The position numbers and the translations under genes were made by a program. A model generated the notes under the pieces. That model made no database searches. It had not been told where the DNA came from and worked only from the letters and a program-made list of their open reading frames with translations. DNA of 64,000 nt. It comes from an uncultured Verrucomicrobiota bacterium. GTDB lineage: Bacteria; Verrucomicrobiota; Kiritimatiellia; PWTM01. The stretch lies in NCBI GenBank assembly GCA_964610105.1, contig CAZSUU010000006.1, positions 70,068-134,067 on the forward strand, written 5' to 3'. Shown here piece after piece: positions 19,501 to 27,735 of this stretch; position 1 is the stretch's first letter; the number at the start of each line of letters is the position of its first letter.

Positions 19501-19944
19501 GAGATACGTGATCCGGCCGTCGCCGTCGTCCGCCCCCGCCGCCGACAGCCCGATGTAGAAATGCGACTCATCGTACCCCAGGATCCACCCCTTCTCGTTG
19601 GGGCCGTTGTCCTGCAGGAAACCCAGCACGCCGCCCCATTTCCGCGGGGACTCGACGCTGACCACCGCCTCCACCGTCAGGGCCTCGGCCGGCAGACGCA
19701 GCGTGCGCGCGTCGAGATCGCGCGACAGCAACACCCCCGCGCCGCGCCCGGAGAAGATCACCGCGTCGGGGTCGGCGGACGTGGTCGACGGCAGGCGCGC
19801 GGCGGGGCCCGGTGTTCCGATCCAATGGTTGGATGCGATGGAAGCGGCGCCGGCGCGGTAGCGGTACAGCGGCTCCGGCAGGCCGGCGTGGGCGGTCGCC
19901 AGGGCGGCGGCCAGCAGTCCTCCCGTCAATCCCGTTCGATTCAT
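16525..19944 (-). CDS. Giant secreted fusion protein: LamG/concanavalin-like domain, YncE/YVTN-type beta-propeller and a phosphoesterase (PLC/AcpA) family domain
   Basis: The signal peptide is MNRTGLTGGLLAAALATAHA. A LamG-like N-terminal region follows. Repeated propeller blades include YVANGTQNAVAVIEV-like segments. The C-terminal phosphoesterase signature is IYAIKENRTYDQVLGDV...DHTAGT...EDDPQNGWDHV. Confidence 0.8.
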   Translation of the reverse strand: MNRTGLTGGLLAAALATAHAGLPEPLYRYRAGAASIASNHWIGTPGPAARLPSTTSADPDAVIFSGRGAGVLLSRDLDARTLRLPAEALTVEAVVSVESPRKWGGVLGFLQDNGPNEKGWILGYDESHFYIGLSAAGADDGDGRITYLAGRTAWERGRFHHVAATYDGRRMALYVNGRLEAESSEQHGPVLYPDHAVFTLGAYRDDDECHPLAGRVAFAAVYGAAAGEEEIAALYAPWRDAVAAAPRMAAASVPAAPGVAGARPAPDGRVRLPVHQILSPAGRQVVLPGVRPLAVAFAPGGAYLVTSGRKPELILVDPASGAVLRTVAMPSERTTAPPRPADHILASDKGAEISFTGLVFSPAGDRIYLSNVDGDLKVFAAGPKPEDVRPLFSIPLPKRSGLKRAEEIPAGLAVSPDGRRLYVALNLGNQAAEIDAQSGAVLRAWDTGVAPFDVALGSGKLYVSCQGGRRPGAGDLTGPAGRGTVVRVDPLTHVAAEGSVCVIDLARGAVEAEILTGRHAAGLALSPDGRRLAVANANSDTVSLLDPEARRVVETFSANGLPSPAFGASPNALAFAPDGRTLYVANGTQNAVAVIEVRPGGSRLAGLVPVGWFPGAVALAPDRPVLAVANVKGIGSSGQAILDGKEKFNSHEHCGSLSLVPLPSAAELAAHTRTALANGRREVLEAASLPARSGQPPRAVPERPGEPSPIRHVIYAIKENRTYDQVLGDVEAGDGDPSLCIYGERVTPNQHKLVREFVLLDNTHCCGVLSADGHQWCTTGLVTDYLEKQFAGFPRSYPDLCGPEEHDALAYSPAGFLWDAAFRAGRTVRNFGESSGPSEVRWRDGRRGRPRWSDLVADWSNRTGLVELRVEAGVPSLRGHSCTHTVGWELGVPDVVRVERFLDEFRVWEREGAMPDLVIMVLPMDHTAGTKPGIPTPEATVADNDLAVGRLVEAVSRSRFWKDTVLFLIEDDPQNGWDHVSPYRTTAYLAGAHVRRGAVVSEFYSQNSVLRTIELILGLPPMNQLDAIAPPMTACFQDTPDLRPFESVPNRVALDSLNPAVSSIRDPVLRRDARRSERLPLARVDACPEDVFNGILWRAARGSSVPYPGWAVLAEPGREEEEEEAGGLLLHTRLLGPRL

Positions 19945-20101
19945 GCGTCCCGTATATCGCCGGCCGCCCACGCCGTCAAATGCCCGGATCGGCTCATCGT
20001 CGAGCGGCGCCGTTCCGCGCCGGTCCCGCCCGGCGATTCCCCCGCGCCCGGTCCCGCGGCCTTCGATTCCGGCGGGGCGGGGTTCGTGATACCATGCCGC
20101 C

Positions 20102-22330
20102 GTGCCGACCATCGCCCAGGTCGTCGTGGAACTCTCGCTGGACCGGCGGTTCGACTACGTCGTGCCGCCGGAGCTGGAGGCCGGCCTCTCCGTCGGCACG
20201 CCGGTGGTCGTGCCCTTCGGCCACGGCGAGCAGCGGGGCTTCGTGGTGGGCCTCTCCGATCGCTCGGAGCTTCCCCCGGGGAAGCTCAAGGCCATCCGCT
20301 CGGTCGTCGGCAAGCAGGCGATGATCCAGGACCGCATCCTCGATCTGGCCCGCTGGATGGCGGACTACTACCTCGCCCCGATCGAGCACGCGGTGCACAC
20401 CGTCCTGCCGGCCGCGGTCCGCCGCCGGGGCGCCGCGCACGTGGAGCGCCTCATGGTGTCGGCCACCGAGAAGGCGCGCAGACCGGGCGCAGTGGAGGAG
20501 CTGCGCCGGCGCGCCCCCAAGCAGGCCGCCGTGCTGGACCGACTTCTGGACAGCACGGAGATGCTGTTGAGCCGCCTGCTCGCGGAGGCGAAGACCGTCG
20601 ACGGCACCGTCCGCGCGCTCGGGAAGAAGGGCCTGGTGCACATCCGCGGCGGCATCGCCGAGCGCAATCCGCTCGCCGACCGGCACTGGGTGCCCACCGA
20701 GCCCCTGCCGCTGATGACGCAGCAGGCCGAGGCGTTGGACGTGGCGGTGCGGGCGATCGACACACTGGCGCCGCCGGTCGTGCTGCTCCACGGCGTCACG
20801 GGCAGCGGCAAGACCGAGGTCTATCTACAGGCGATCCGCCACGCGCTCGATCGCGGGCGGGGCGCGATTGTACTGGTGCCGGAGATCGCGCTCACCCCGC
20901 AGACGGTCGACCGGTTCCGCACGCGGTTCGGCGACGGGATCGCCGTGCTGCACAGCTCGCTCTCTGACGGCGAGCGGCACGACGAGTGGCACCGCATCCA
21001 CGAGGGCCGCGCCCGCATTGTCATCGGCGCCCGTTCCGCCCTCTTCGCGCCGGTGAAGGACCTGGGGCTCATCGTCGTGGACGAGGAGCACGAACCGACC
21101 TACAAGCAGGAGGAGTCGCCGCGCTATAACGCGCGCGACGTCGCCGTCATGCGCGGGCACCTGGAGCGGTGCGCGGTGGTGCTGGGGTCCGCGACGCCGT
21201 CGCTGGAGTCCTGGCGCAACGCGCAGACCGGCAAGTACCTCCTCGCGCGCATGCCGCATCGCGTCGACCACCGCCGCATGCCGACCATCCGGATCGTGGA
21301 CATGCGCGGCCAGGGCTCGGGCCGCGACGGCCGGCCGGGCGTGTTCTCCGGGGAGCTGGTGGACGCCATCGAAGGCCGTCTGGCGCGCGCGGAACAGACG
21401 ATCCTCTTTCTCAACCGGCGGGGATACGCGACGGCGCTGATCTGTCCGAAGTGCGGCCACGTGGAGCGGTGCGAGGCGTGCAGCGTCGCGATGACCTTTC
21501 ATAAGAAAGAGGGGCGGGAGATCTGCCATCTGTGCGGGGCGACGCGGGAGGTGCCGACGGTCTGCCCGAACCCGGACTGCCGCGACCCGTCGTTCCGGCA
21601 GGCCGGGCTCGGGACGGAACGCGTGGAAGAGGTGCTGCGGAAGCTCTTCCCCCGGGCGCGGCTGGCGAGGATGGACTCCGACACCATGACGCGGAAGGAG
21701 TCCTATCGGCAGGTCCTCGGCGACTTCCGCACGGGCCGGCTCGACATCCTGGTCGGCACGCAGATGATCGCCAAGGGGCTCGACTTCCCCAACGTCACGC
21801 TCGTGGGCGTGATCAATGCCGACACGGCCCTGCACATGCCCGATTTCCGCGCCGGGGAGCGCACCTTCCACCTGCTCACCCAGGTCGCGGGCCGGGCCGG
21901 CCGGGGCGAGATCGCGGGGGAGGTGATCGTGCAGACCTTCACGCCGTTCCATCCGGCCATCCAGGCGGCGCGGCGGATGGACTTCGAGGGGTTCTGCGAC
22001 CAGGAGCTCGAATTCCGGCGGCAGGCCCGCTACCCGCCGTTCTTCCACCTGGCGGTCGTGCAGGTGAGGGGGCCGCTGGAGCGCGACGTCCGCATGACGG
22101 CCGAGGCCCTGGCGGCGGAATTGAAGGCGCGGCTGGCTCCTCCCGCGGTGCTCTCGGCCGCCGTGCCCGCGCCCATCGCACGGGTGCGCGGGCGGTGGAG
22201 ATACCAGGTGCTCCTGCGCGCGCCGCGCACGCGCGACCTGGCGCCGGCGCTCCGCGAGGTCCTGCGGGGCGTGAAACGCCCCAAGGACGTCGCCTGTGCG
22301 GTGGACGTCGATGCCCTGTCGCTCCTGTGA
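20102..22330 (+). CDS. priA: Primosomal protein N' (replication restart helicase PriA)
   Basis: The Walker A motif sits in LLHGVTGSGKTEVY. The zinc-binding cysteine cluster is CPKCGHVERCEACSVAMTFHKKEGREICHLCGATREVPTVCPNPDC. The DEEH box is VVDEEHE. Confidence 0.9.
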   Translation: MPTIAQVVVELSLDRRFDYVVPPELEAGLSVGTPVVVPFGHGEQRGFVVGLSDRSELPPGKLKAIRSVVGKQAMIQDRILDLARWMADYYLAPIEHAVHTVLPAAVRRRGAAHVERLMVSATEKARRPGAVEELRRRAPKQAAVLDRLLDSTEMLLSRLLAEAKTVDGTVRALGKKGLVHIRGGIAERNPLADRHWVPTEPLPLMTQQAEALDVAVRAIDTLAPPVVLLHGVTGSGKTEVYLQAIRHALDRGRGAIVLVPEIALTPQTVDRFRTRFGDGIAVLHSSLSDGERHDEWHRIHEGRARIVIGARSALFAPVKDLGLIVVDEEHEPTYKQEESPRYNARDVAVMRGHLERCAVVLGSATPSLESWRNAQTGKYLLARMPHRVDHRRMPTIRIVDMRGQGSGRDGRPGVFSGELVDAIEGRLARAEQTILFLNRRGYATALICPKCGHVERCEACSVAMTFHKKEGREICHLCGATREVPTVCPNPDCRDPSFRQAGLGTERVEEVLRKLFPRARLARMDSDTMTRKESYRQVLGDFRTGRLDILVGTQMIAKGLDFPNVTLVGVINADTALHMPDFRAGERTFHLLTQVAGRAGRGEIAGEVIVQTFTPFHPAIQAARRMDFEGFCDQELEFRRQARYPPFFHLAVVQVRGPLERDVRMTAEALAAELKARLAPPAVLSAAVPAPIARVRGRWRYQVLLRAPRTRDLAPALREVLRGVKRPKDVACAVDVDALSLL

Positions 22331-22464
22331 GTTTGATTCCTTCCATGCTTGACGCAAGGGCCTTCGCCGGACTAGAAATGTTTCATCGGTTCTTAACAGT
22401 GGGCGAGAACAAGGGGTGGCGCCGCGGGCAGGGTGAAGCGCCGCCCGGATCGGGAGGAGTAGCG

Positions 22465-25368
22465 ATGAGTACGAAAAGGACGGGAACGCGTGGGTTTGCC
22501 TCTGTCTTGCTGGCCTTGGCGGGCATGGTTGCATTTCCTCTGACGCTGGCGGCGGCGCCGGTGCCGCTCATTTACTATGATCTCGACGATATCGGCACGC
22601 TCAGCGGGGGCTTCATCACCAACAAAGAGCCTTATGGGACGGTGGGCGACGGGATTCTGCAATGCAACAATAACATGTTCGTCACGTGGACCAACGGCGC
22701 TCCGAACGGCCCATCGCCTGCGGGCGGGCTCTACTTCTACGGACTGACGCGGGCGACGTTCGGCGTGTGGATCGAGACGACCTATACGCCCGACGAGATC
22801 GCGATCCGCGACAACAACTACACCATGGCGGCGTGGGTGAATATCACCAAGACGGCGGGCGACGCCATGGTCTTCGGTCAGGCGACAACCGGCGAAGGAA
22901 ACTGGCTGCACAACGGCGTCCGCGACGCCTCGCCGCACATCGGCCACTACGGCTCGGACCTCACCAGCGGCACGGACCTGGCGGCCGGCACATGGTACCA
23001 CGTCGTGTGGCAGTACACCATGGGCACGGAGCGCATCTACATCAACGGGCAACTGAACGCCATACAGGGGGGCAAAGTGCCCATCCAGCTTGGTAACCCC
23101 CTGATCATTGGCTCCACGGAGACGGCCACCTCCAGCCGCGACTTCTCGGGCATTTTGGACGAGGTGGTGGTCTACGACGAGGCCTTGGCGCCCGCCCAGA
23201 TCGCCTTCCTGGCTGCGGGCGGCAGCCCGAACAATCTGCCCGAAGCGTCCTGGCCGCCTGTCAGCCGATTCTTCACCGGGCCGTATGGCACCAATGGCAC
23301 GTGGAACCTGTACGAGGTCGTAGGGGGAGATTCCGGGGCTTTTCAAACCTGGTACAACGCCTACGCCAGCACCATAAACTACATCGATCCCGTGGCCGGC
23401 ACCAGCGTCACGGGCCACTTGGTCACAATCCGCTCGCAGGCCGAGAACGCGTTCGTGCAGCGGCTGCAACGTGTCGTGGATCCGAGCACTTACCACGAAG
23501 CGTACATCGGAGACTGCTGGATCGGTCTCACGGACAACGAGATGTTCCCAGGCGCGCACGAGTCAGGGAAGACGGATCCCGAAGCTGTGCGACGGACCAA
23601 CGGCTGGGTGTGGGTCAACGGCGAGCCGTTCGACAGCACGACCTATATGAACTGGAACGGCGGCGAGCCGAACGACTCGCCGTCGGAGGACGCCGTCCTC
23701 ATATACGCCGGCGGCGCATGGAATGACCTCGCCAGCGGCATCCCGGGGTCGGGCGACAGCACCGACGCCACCCGCATGTACATCGTGGAATGGGACATCG
23801 GCGCGGCCGGTCCGATCACCAGTGCCACCGAGACCGTGAACACCGTGCTCCCCGTCCTGCCCCCAACGCTGCCGGGGCCGGCGCCCACCAATGGCAGCTT
23901 CAGCGGGTACTGCGTCCAGAACGCCGGCACGGTCGGGAGCGTGCGCCAGGGGGTGGAACGGCTGCTCTCCGGCGCGGGCACGATCACCCAGACCGACACC
24001 GGTATTCCGACCCTCAACGCCTACGACCCCGAAAATGGCGCCATCAATGCGGGGCTATTCCCGAATAACAAGCCGTTCTTCGCGAACACCGCGGGCGTCG
24101 ACGACGAGGACTGCACGATCGTTCACAAGGGCCGGATTGTCGTGAAGCCGGAGGACGCGGGGCCGTGGACGTTCGGCGTGCATTCGGACGACGGGTTCGC
24201 CCTCCGCATCTGCGGTCAGACCTGGCAGAAGGCCTACGGGCTGGGGATCGTCGATGACGCCGACCGTTCGATCCTGACCTTCGAGAATCCGACGGGCGAT
24301 GCGAACACCCGCGGCGTCATCAACCTGGCCGCCGGAACGTACGACCTCGAATTCGTCTTCTTCGAACGGGGCGGCGGATTCGTCTACGAGCTGTACGCCG
24401 CCAAGGGCGACTGGGAGAACGACGGCGACACCGACACCTGGCGGCTGGTCGGGCACACGAGCTGCGGCGTCGAGCCCATCGCGGGGATCGTGGATCCGGG
24501 CGACGGAAACGGTTGGACCGTCTGGTGGAATCCGCCGGACTCGGCGGGGGCGATCACTGACACGAACACGGCGTGGAACGCGGTGGCGCCGTACATAGGC
24601 GTTGCCGGCTATGGCGCAACCGTGCCGGCGATCAACTTCTACGACCCGGACGCCGGCAGCGCGGACGAGGTCGTCCCGAGCGTGCCCTTCCCGCTCGACA
24701 CCATGGGCGTGGACGACAACAACTTCGGCCTGTACATGGAAGGCCAGCTGCTCGTGCCGTCGAACGGGACGTATGCCATCGGCTTCCGGGGCGACGACGG
24801 GGGCTGGCTGCAGATCGAAGGTCAGATATGGGATTCCCTCGTCGCGAATGCGACCGGGCTGTCGGTCATCAATGGCGACATGATGGTCTGCGACCAGCCC
24901 ACCGGCGACAGCCGCACCGTCGGGCTGATCACGCTGAACGCCGGCACCTATACCATCCGCTCGCTGTTCATGGAGATGACCGGCGGGGGAGCCTACGACA
25001 TCTTCACCATGGGGGCCAACTGTTCCACCAGCTCGCTCCCGGCCTCGTTCGCCAGCCGATCGCTGTCGACGGGCGGAACCGGCGTGGTCGTGGACGCGGC
25101 GGCCACGCTGGAGCTCGAAAGCAGCACGCCCCCGGAGCAGGAGTACTTCATCACCGAGGGCCGGCTGACCGCCTCGGGCCAGACCGTGCAGTTGTCGTGG
25201 GAATCCGTGCCGGGGGCGACCTACGCCCTCGAGGCATGCACGAACCTGGTCGCGGGCGAGTGGATGCACGTGCAGGGCAACATCGCCTCGGGCGGGACGA
25301 ACACGACGTACAGCTTCACGAACACCATGCTGGCGCCCTACGCGTTCATACGGGTTAAAAAGCAGTAG
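22465..25368 (+). CDS. Secreted multi-lectin protein: LamG-like domain, C-type lectin domain (EPN motif) and two PA14 domains
   Basis: GGGAGGAG precedes the ATG at 22465, and the signal peptide is MSTKRTGTRGFASVLLALAGMVAFPLTLAAA. The C-type lectin region is CWIGLTDNE...WVWVNGEPF...WNGGEPND...AWNDLASG. The PA14 signatures are GVHSDDGFALRICGQ and GFRGDDGGWLQIEGQ. Confidence 0.75.
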   Translation: MSTKRTGTRGFASVLLALAGMVAFPLTLAAAPVPLIYYDLDDIGTLSGGFITNKEPYGTVGDGILQCNNNMFVTWTNGAPNGPSPAGGLYFYGLTRATFGVWIETTYTPDEIAIRDNNYTMAAWVNITKTAGDAMVFGQATTGEGNWLHNGVRDASPHIGHYGSDLTSGTDLAAGTWYHVVWQYTMGTERIYINGQLNAIQGGKVPIQLGNPLIIGSTETATSSRDFSGILDEVVVYDEALAPAQIAFLAAGGSPNNLPEASWPPVSRFFTGPYGTNGTWNLYEVVGGDSGAFQTWYNAYASTINYIDPVAGTSVTGHLVTIRSQAENAFVQRLQRVVDPSTYHEAYIGDCWIGLTDNEMFPGAHESGKTDPEAVRRTNGWVWVNGEPFDSTTYMNWNGGEPNDSPSEDAVLIYAGGAWNDLASGIPGSGDSTDATRMYIVEWDIGAAGPITSATETVNTVLPVLPPTLPGPAPTNGSFSGYCVQNAGTVGSVRQGVERLLSGAGTITQTDTGIPTLNAYDPENGAINAGLFPNNKPFFANTAGVDDEDCTIVHKGRIVVKPEDAGPWTFGVHSDDGFALRICGQTWQKAYGLGIVDDADRSILTFENPTGDANTRGVINLAAGTYDLEFVFFERGGGFVYELYAAKGDWENDGDTDTWRLVGHTSCGVEPIAGIVDPGDGNGWTVWWNPPDSAGAITDTNTAWNAVAPYIGVAGYGATVPAINFYDPDAGSADEVVPSVPFPLDTMGVDDNNFGLYMEGQLLVPSNGTYAIGFRGDDGGWLQIEGQIWDSLVANATGLSVINGDMMVCDQPTGDSRTVGLITLNAGTYTIRSLFMEMTGGGAYDIFTMGANCSTSSLPASFASRSLSTGGTGVVVDAAATLELESSTPPEQEYFITEGRLTASGQTVQLSWESVPGATYALEACTNLVAGEWMHVQGNIASGGTNTTYSFTNTMLAPYAFIRVKKQ

Positions 25369-25475
25369 GCGCAAGCCTCCCATCGGTCGGATCCGTCTGG
25401 CGGGATTCGCGATCCCGCCGGGCGGGGGTCTGTGCGGGGCTTCCGCGCAGGACGCCGATACCAGAAGGCGGTCAT

Positions 25476-26081
25476 ATGAAGACACTCGTCACGGCGTTGG
25501 TCTGGATGGGGCTCGCCGCTGTCGGGTGGGCCGCGGAGGAGGCGGCGACCAACGCGGCGCCGCCGAGGGCGGAGGCGGAGAAGGCCGCGGCGAAGTTCGT
25601 CGTGATCCTCCCGGAACAACTGGACGGCGTGTGGTACTGGACGTACTTCACCACCGAGCAGCAGCACATCGTCCAGAGCGCCGTGGAAAAGGCGCTGGTC
25701 GACGCGGGTCTGGACGTGGTCGACCTCGGCGCGCTGAAGCTGGGCGGAGGCGACAGCCTCCAGGGGCTGCTCAATCCCGCCACGGCCGCCGGCAAGGCGA
25801 AGGAGGCGGGCGCGGCGTACGTGATCGTCGGCAGCGCGACCGCCGTGCCGGCCGGCAGCAGCACCGCCTACGGGGTCCCCGTCGCGCGGGCGACGGCCAG
25901 CCTCACCGCGAAGATCGTGCGCGCGGGCGACGGCAAGATCCTCGCGGTCAAGGAGGCGGAGGCGAATGAAGGCGGCCAGGCGATGCGCGGGGCCGGTCAG
26001 GCGGCGCTCAAGAAGGCGGGCCGTGACCTCGCGTCGGCCCTCGCCGCGGCCGCGAAGAAGATCGCGGCCGAGGGAACATGA
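25476..26081 (+). CDS. Hypothetical small secreted protein (Ala-rich, periplasmic alpha/beta fold)
   Basis: The signal peptide is MKTLVTALVWMGLAAVGWAAEEA. The coding composition is clean. I recognise no specific family. Confidence 0.5.
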   Translation: MKTLVTALVWMGLAAVGWAAEEAATNAAPPRAEAEKAAAKFVVILPEQLDGVWYWTYFTTEQQHIVQSAVEKALVDAGLDVVDLGALKLGGGDSLQGLLNPATAAGKAKEAGAAYVIVGSATAVPAGSSTAYGVPVARATASLTAKIVRAGDGKILAVKEAEANEGGQAMRGAGQAALKKAGRDLASALAAAAKKIAAEGT

Positions 26082-26289
26082 GGCGGCGAGCTGCCGCCCC
26101 ATTCCGGGCGGACAGAAGGCCATCCGCAGAGCGGCGAACCGTGGTTCCTGCCTTCCCGCCGTTCCGCGGGTAAGGACCGCGGGCTGTAGAGCAGGCCTGC
26201 GGGATCGGGGAGAAAGACACGGCGCCAGGCGCGGATAACGGCGCGAACGCGCCGGACGGATGCCCCTGCCGTCAATGCCTGACCGGAGG

Positions 26290-27195
26290 TCATCCGCCCG
26301 CGAGGGCCCGATTGATTCGTTCGACGGCCTCGTCGATCTCCGCGACGCTCTTGAAACCGATGGTGACGGCGTCAATCTCCGGCTGCGCCATGGCGAAACG
26401 GATCGACTTCTCCCGGTCGTCCGGATTCGTGAAGTCGCCGTTGCCGATCAGCTTCATCCCGATCACGCCGTGCCCGTTGGCCTTCATCAGCTTGAGCTGC
26501 TGTACGACCGGCGCGATGTCGTTGCCGGGTTCGTTCCACTTCAGCGACTCGCCGTCGATGTGTTTGGCCTGCGGATTGACCCGCACCAGGTTCACATCCA
26601 CCCAGTCCGACTTGGCCGCGACGCGGAGCGCGGCGAGGCTGTGGCACGAGACGCCCCGGGCGCGGACCTTCTTCTGCTCCTTCGCCTTGGCGATCGCATC
26701 CATCAGCCTCTTCACGTCGTCGGTCCACGTGTCCTTCGTCGCGCAGTGGACCAGCAGGCAGTCGATGTAATCGGTCTTGAAGGTCTTCAGGTGGCGGTCG
26801 ATGACCTCGGCCGGACTGTCCGGGTTGCCGCCGATCTTGGAGGTGATGAAGAGCTTCTCGCGCGGCAGATCCTTGATCGCGTCGCCGATCCAGTTGAACG
26901 TCTTGTAGCTCTGCGCGCAGTCGAAATACGTGATGCCGCGATCATAGGCGGCGCGAACGAGTCCGCTGAACGCCTCCTGTCCCAGGCCGAACTGCACCTG
27001 GCCGCTGTTGGTGCCTGTCCCCATGCCCAGCCGGCTCAGTTTGAGGCCGGTCTTGCCGAGGGTGACCTGGTCGACAGCCGTGCGCTTTCCGGCGGTCTCC
27101 GCCGCACCGCACCGCGAGGGAGTCAACCAGGCCGCGCCGGCCAGGGCGGCGGATGCGCCGATGAATTCACGACGATTGAGGGCTTTCACACTCAT
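26290..27195 (-). CDS. Aldo/keto reductase with a TAT signal
   Basis: The TAT signal is MSVKALNRREFIGASAALAGAAWLTPSRCGAA. The reductase fold includes GITYFDCAQSYKTFNWIGDAI and a C-terminal IDAVTIGFKS region. Confidence 0.85.
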   Translation of the reverse strand: MSVKALNRREFIGASAALAGAAWLTPSRCGAAETAGKRTAVDQVTLGKTGLKLSRLGMGTGTNSGQVQFGLGQEAFSGLVRAAYDRGITYFDCAQSYKTFNWIGDAIKDLPREKLFITSKIGGNPDSPAEVIDRHLKTFKTDYIDCLLVHCATKDTWTDDVKRLMDAIAKAKEQKKVRARGVSCHSLAALRVAAKSDWVDVNLVRVNPQAKHIDGESLKWNEPGNDIAPVVQQLKLMKANGHGVIGMKLIGNGDFTNPDDREKSIRFAMAQPEIDAVTIGFKSVAEIDEAVERINRALAGG

Positions 27196-27468
27196 GGCTC
27201 TTCCTCGCGCTGGTCGCTTCTTGTGTTCCGGATTCGACATCCGTCCTTCGCCCGCGAATCTGATGTCCGCTACCGTACCGCATAAACCGCGCCGCCGCAA
27301 TGCGGACGTTGACCCGCCTCCGCGCATCGGAAACGCCTCCGCGAGCGGTTCGCGTTCACGTACCTGAGGAAGCGAGAGGTTTCTTTGCGTCCTTTTGTGT
27401 TTCTTGCGGCCGTTCCTCTCCACCATCGGCTGAATAGCCGCAAGAAACGCAACGGACCTCACGAATCA

Positions 27469-27520
27469 CCTCCGTGAAGAGGGGCGGCGGGACAATCTCA
27501 GAAGGCGGCGCGGTTGCATG
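27469..27520 (+). promoter_or_regulatory. Conserved intergenic element (extended about 52-nt form) with a sigma54-like -24/-12 core CAGAAGGCGGCGCGGTTGCATG
   Basis: It is near-identical to 32771-32823 across about 52 nt, and to the reverse complement of 6525-6545 across the 22-nt core. GG-N10-GC spacing precedes TTGCAT. It lies 217 bp upstream of the PEP-CTERM gene ATG. Confidence 0.3.
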
Positions 27521-27667
27521 CCCGGGATCAGCGGCGCGAGGTGCGAGCGTCCGCCTGCGTGACGCTGTTCACATTCCGTTGTCCCGGCACGCAGACGGGC
27601 AGGTGCGCCCGCGCTGTTGAAGAAGCTGGGTGTCAAAGAAAGGTCGCTTCGGGGGGGGCTTTTTTTG

Positions 27668-27697
27668 TTGACCGCCCGGAGCACGTCATCGTATAAG
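27668..27697 (+). promoter_or_regulatory. Sigma70-like promoter (TTGACC-N18-TATAAG) upstream of the first PEP-CTERM gene
   Basis: The hexamers lie at 27668-27673 and 27692-27697. A G-run/T-run sits just upstream. GGAGGAGAGG lies 9-13 nt before the ATG at 27736. Confidence 0.35.
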
Positions 27698-27735
27698 CCG
27701 CGCAAGGTGATAGTGGCGGAGGAGAGGTGCTCAGG

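Noticed and set aside
21532-22464. N-terminal extension of the lectin ORF (track 21532..25368) overlapping priA
   Set aside because: The extension is low-complexity. The strong ribosome-binding site GGGAGGAG, the ATG at 22465 and an immediate signal peptide define the real start downstream of priA.
25369-25475. CAGAAGGCGG immediately before the start codon of the gene at 25476, resembling the start of the conserved element
   Set aside because: Only 10 nt match, and the string doubles as the GAAGG ribosome-binding site. It has no TTGCA core.
27640-27667. G8/T7 run (CGGGGGGGGCTTTTTTT) read as a rho-independent terminator
   Set aside because: No convincing complementary upstream arm exists. 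The candidate stem AAAGAAAGG/GCTTTTTTT is weak and AT-only. It may instead be part of the promoter UP region for the PEP-CTERM gene.
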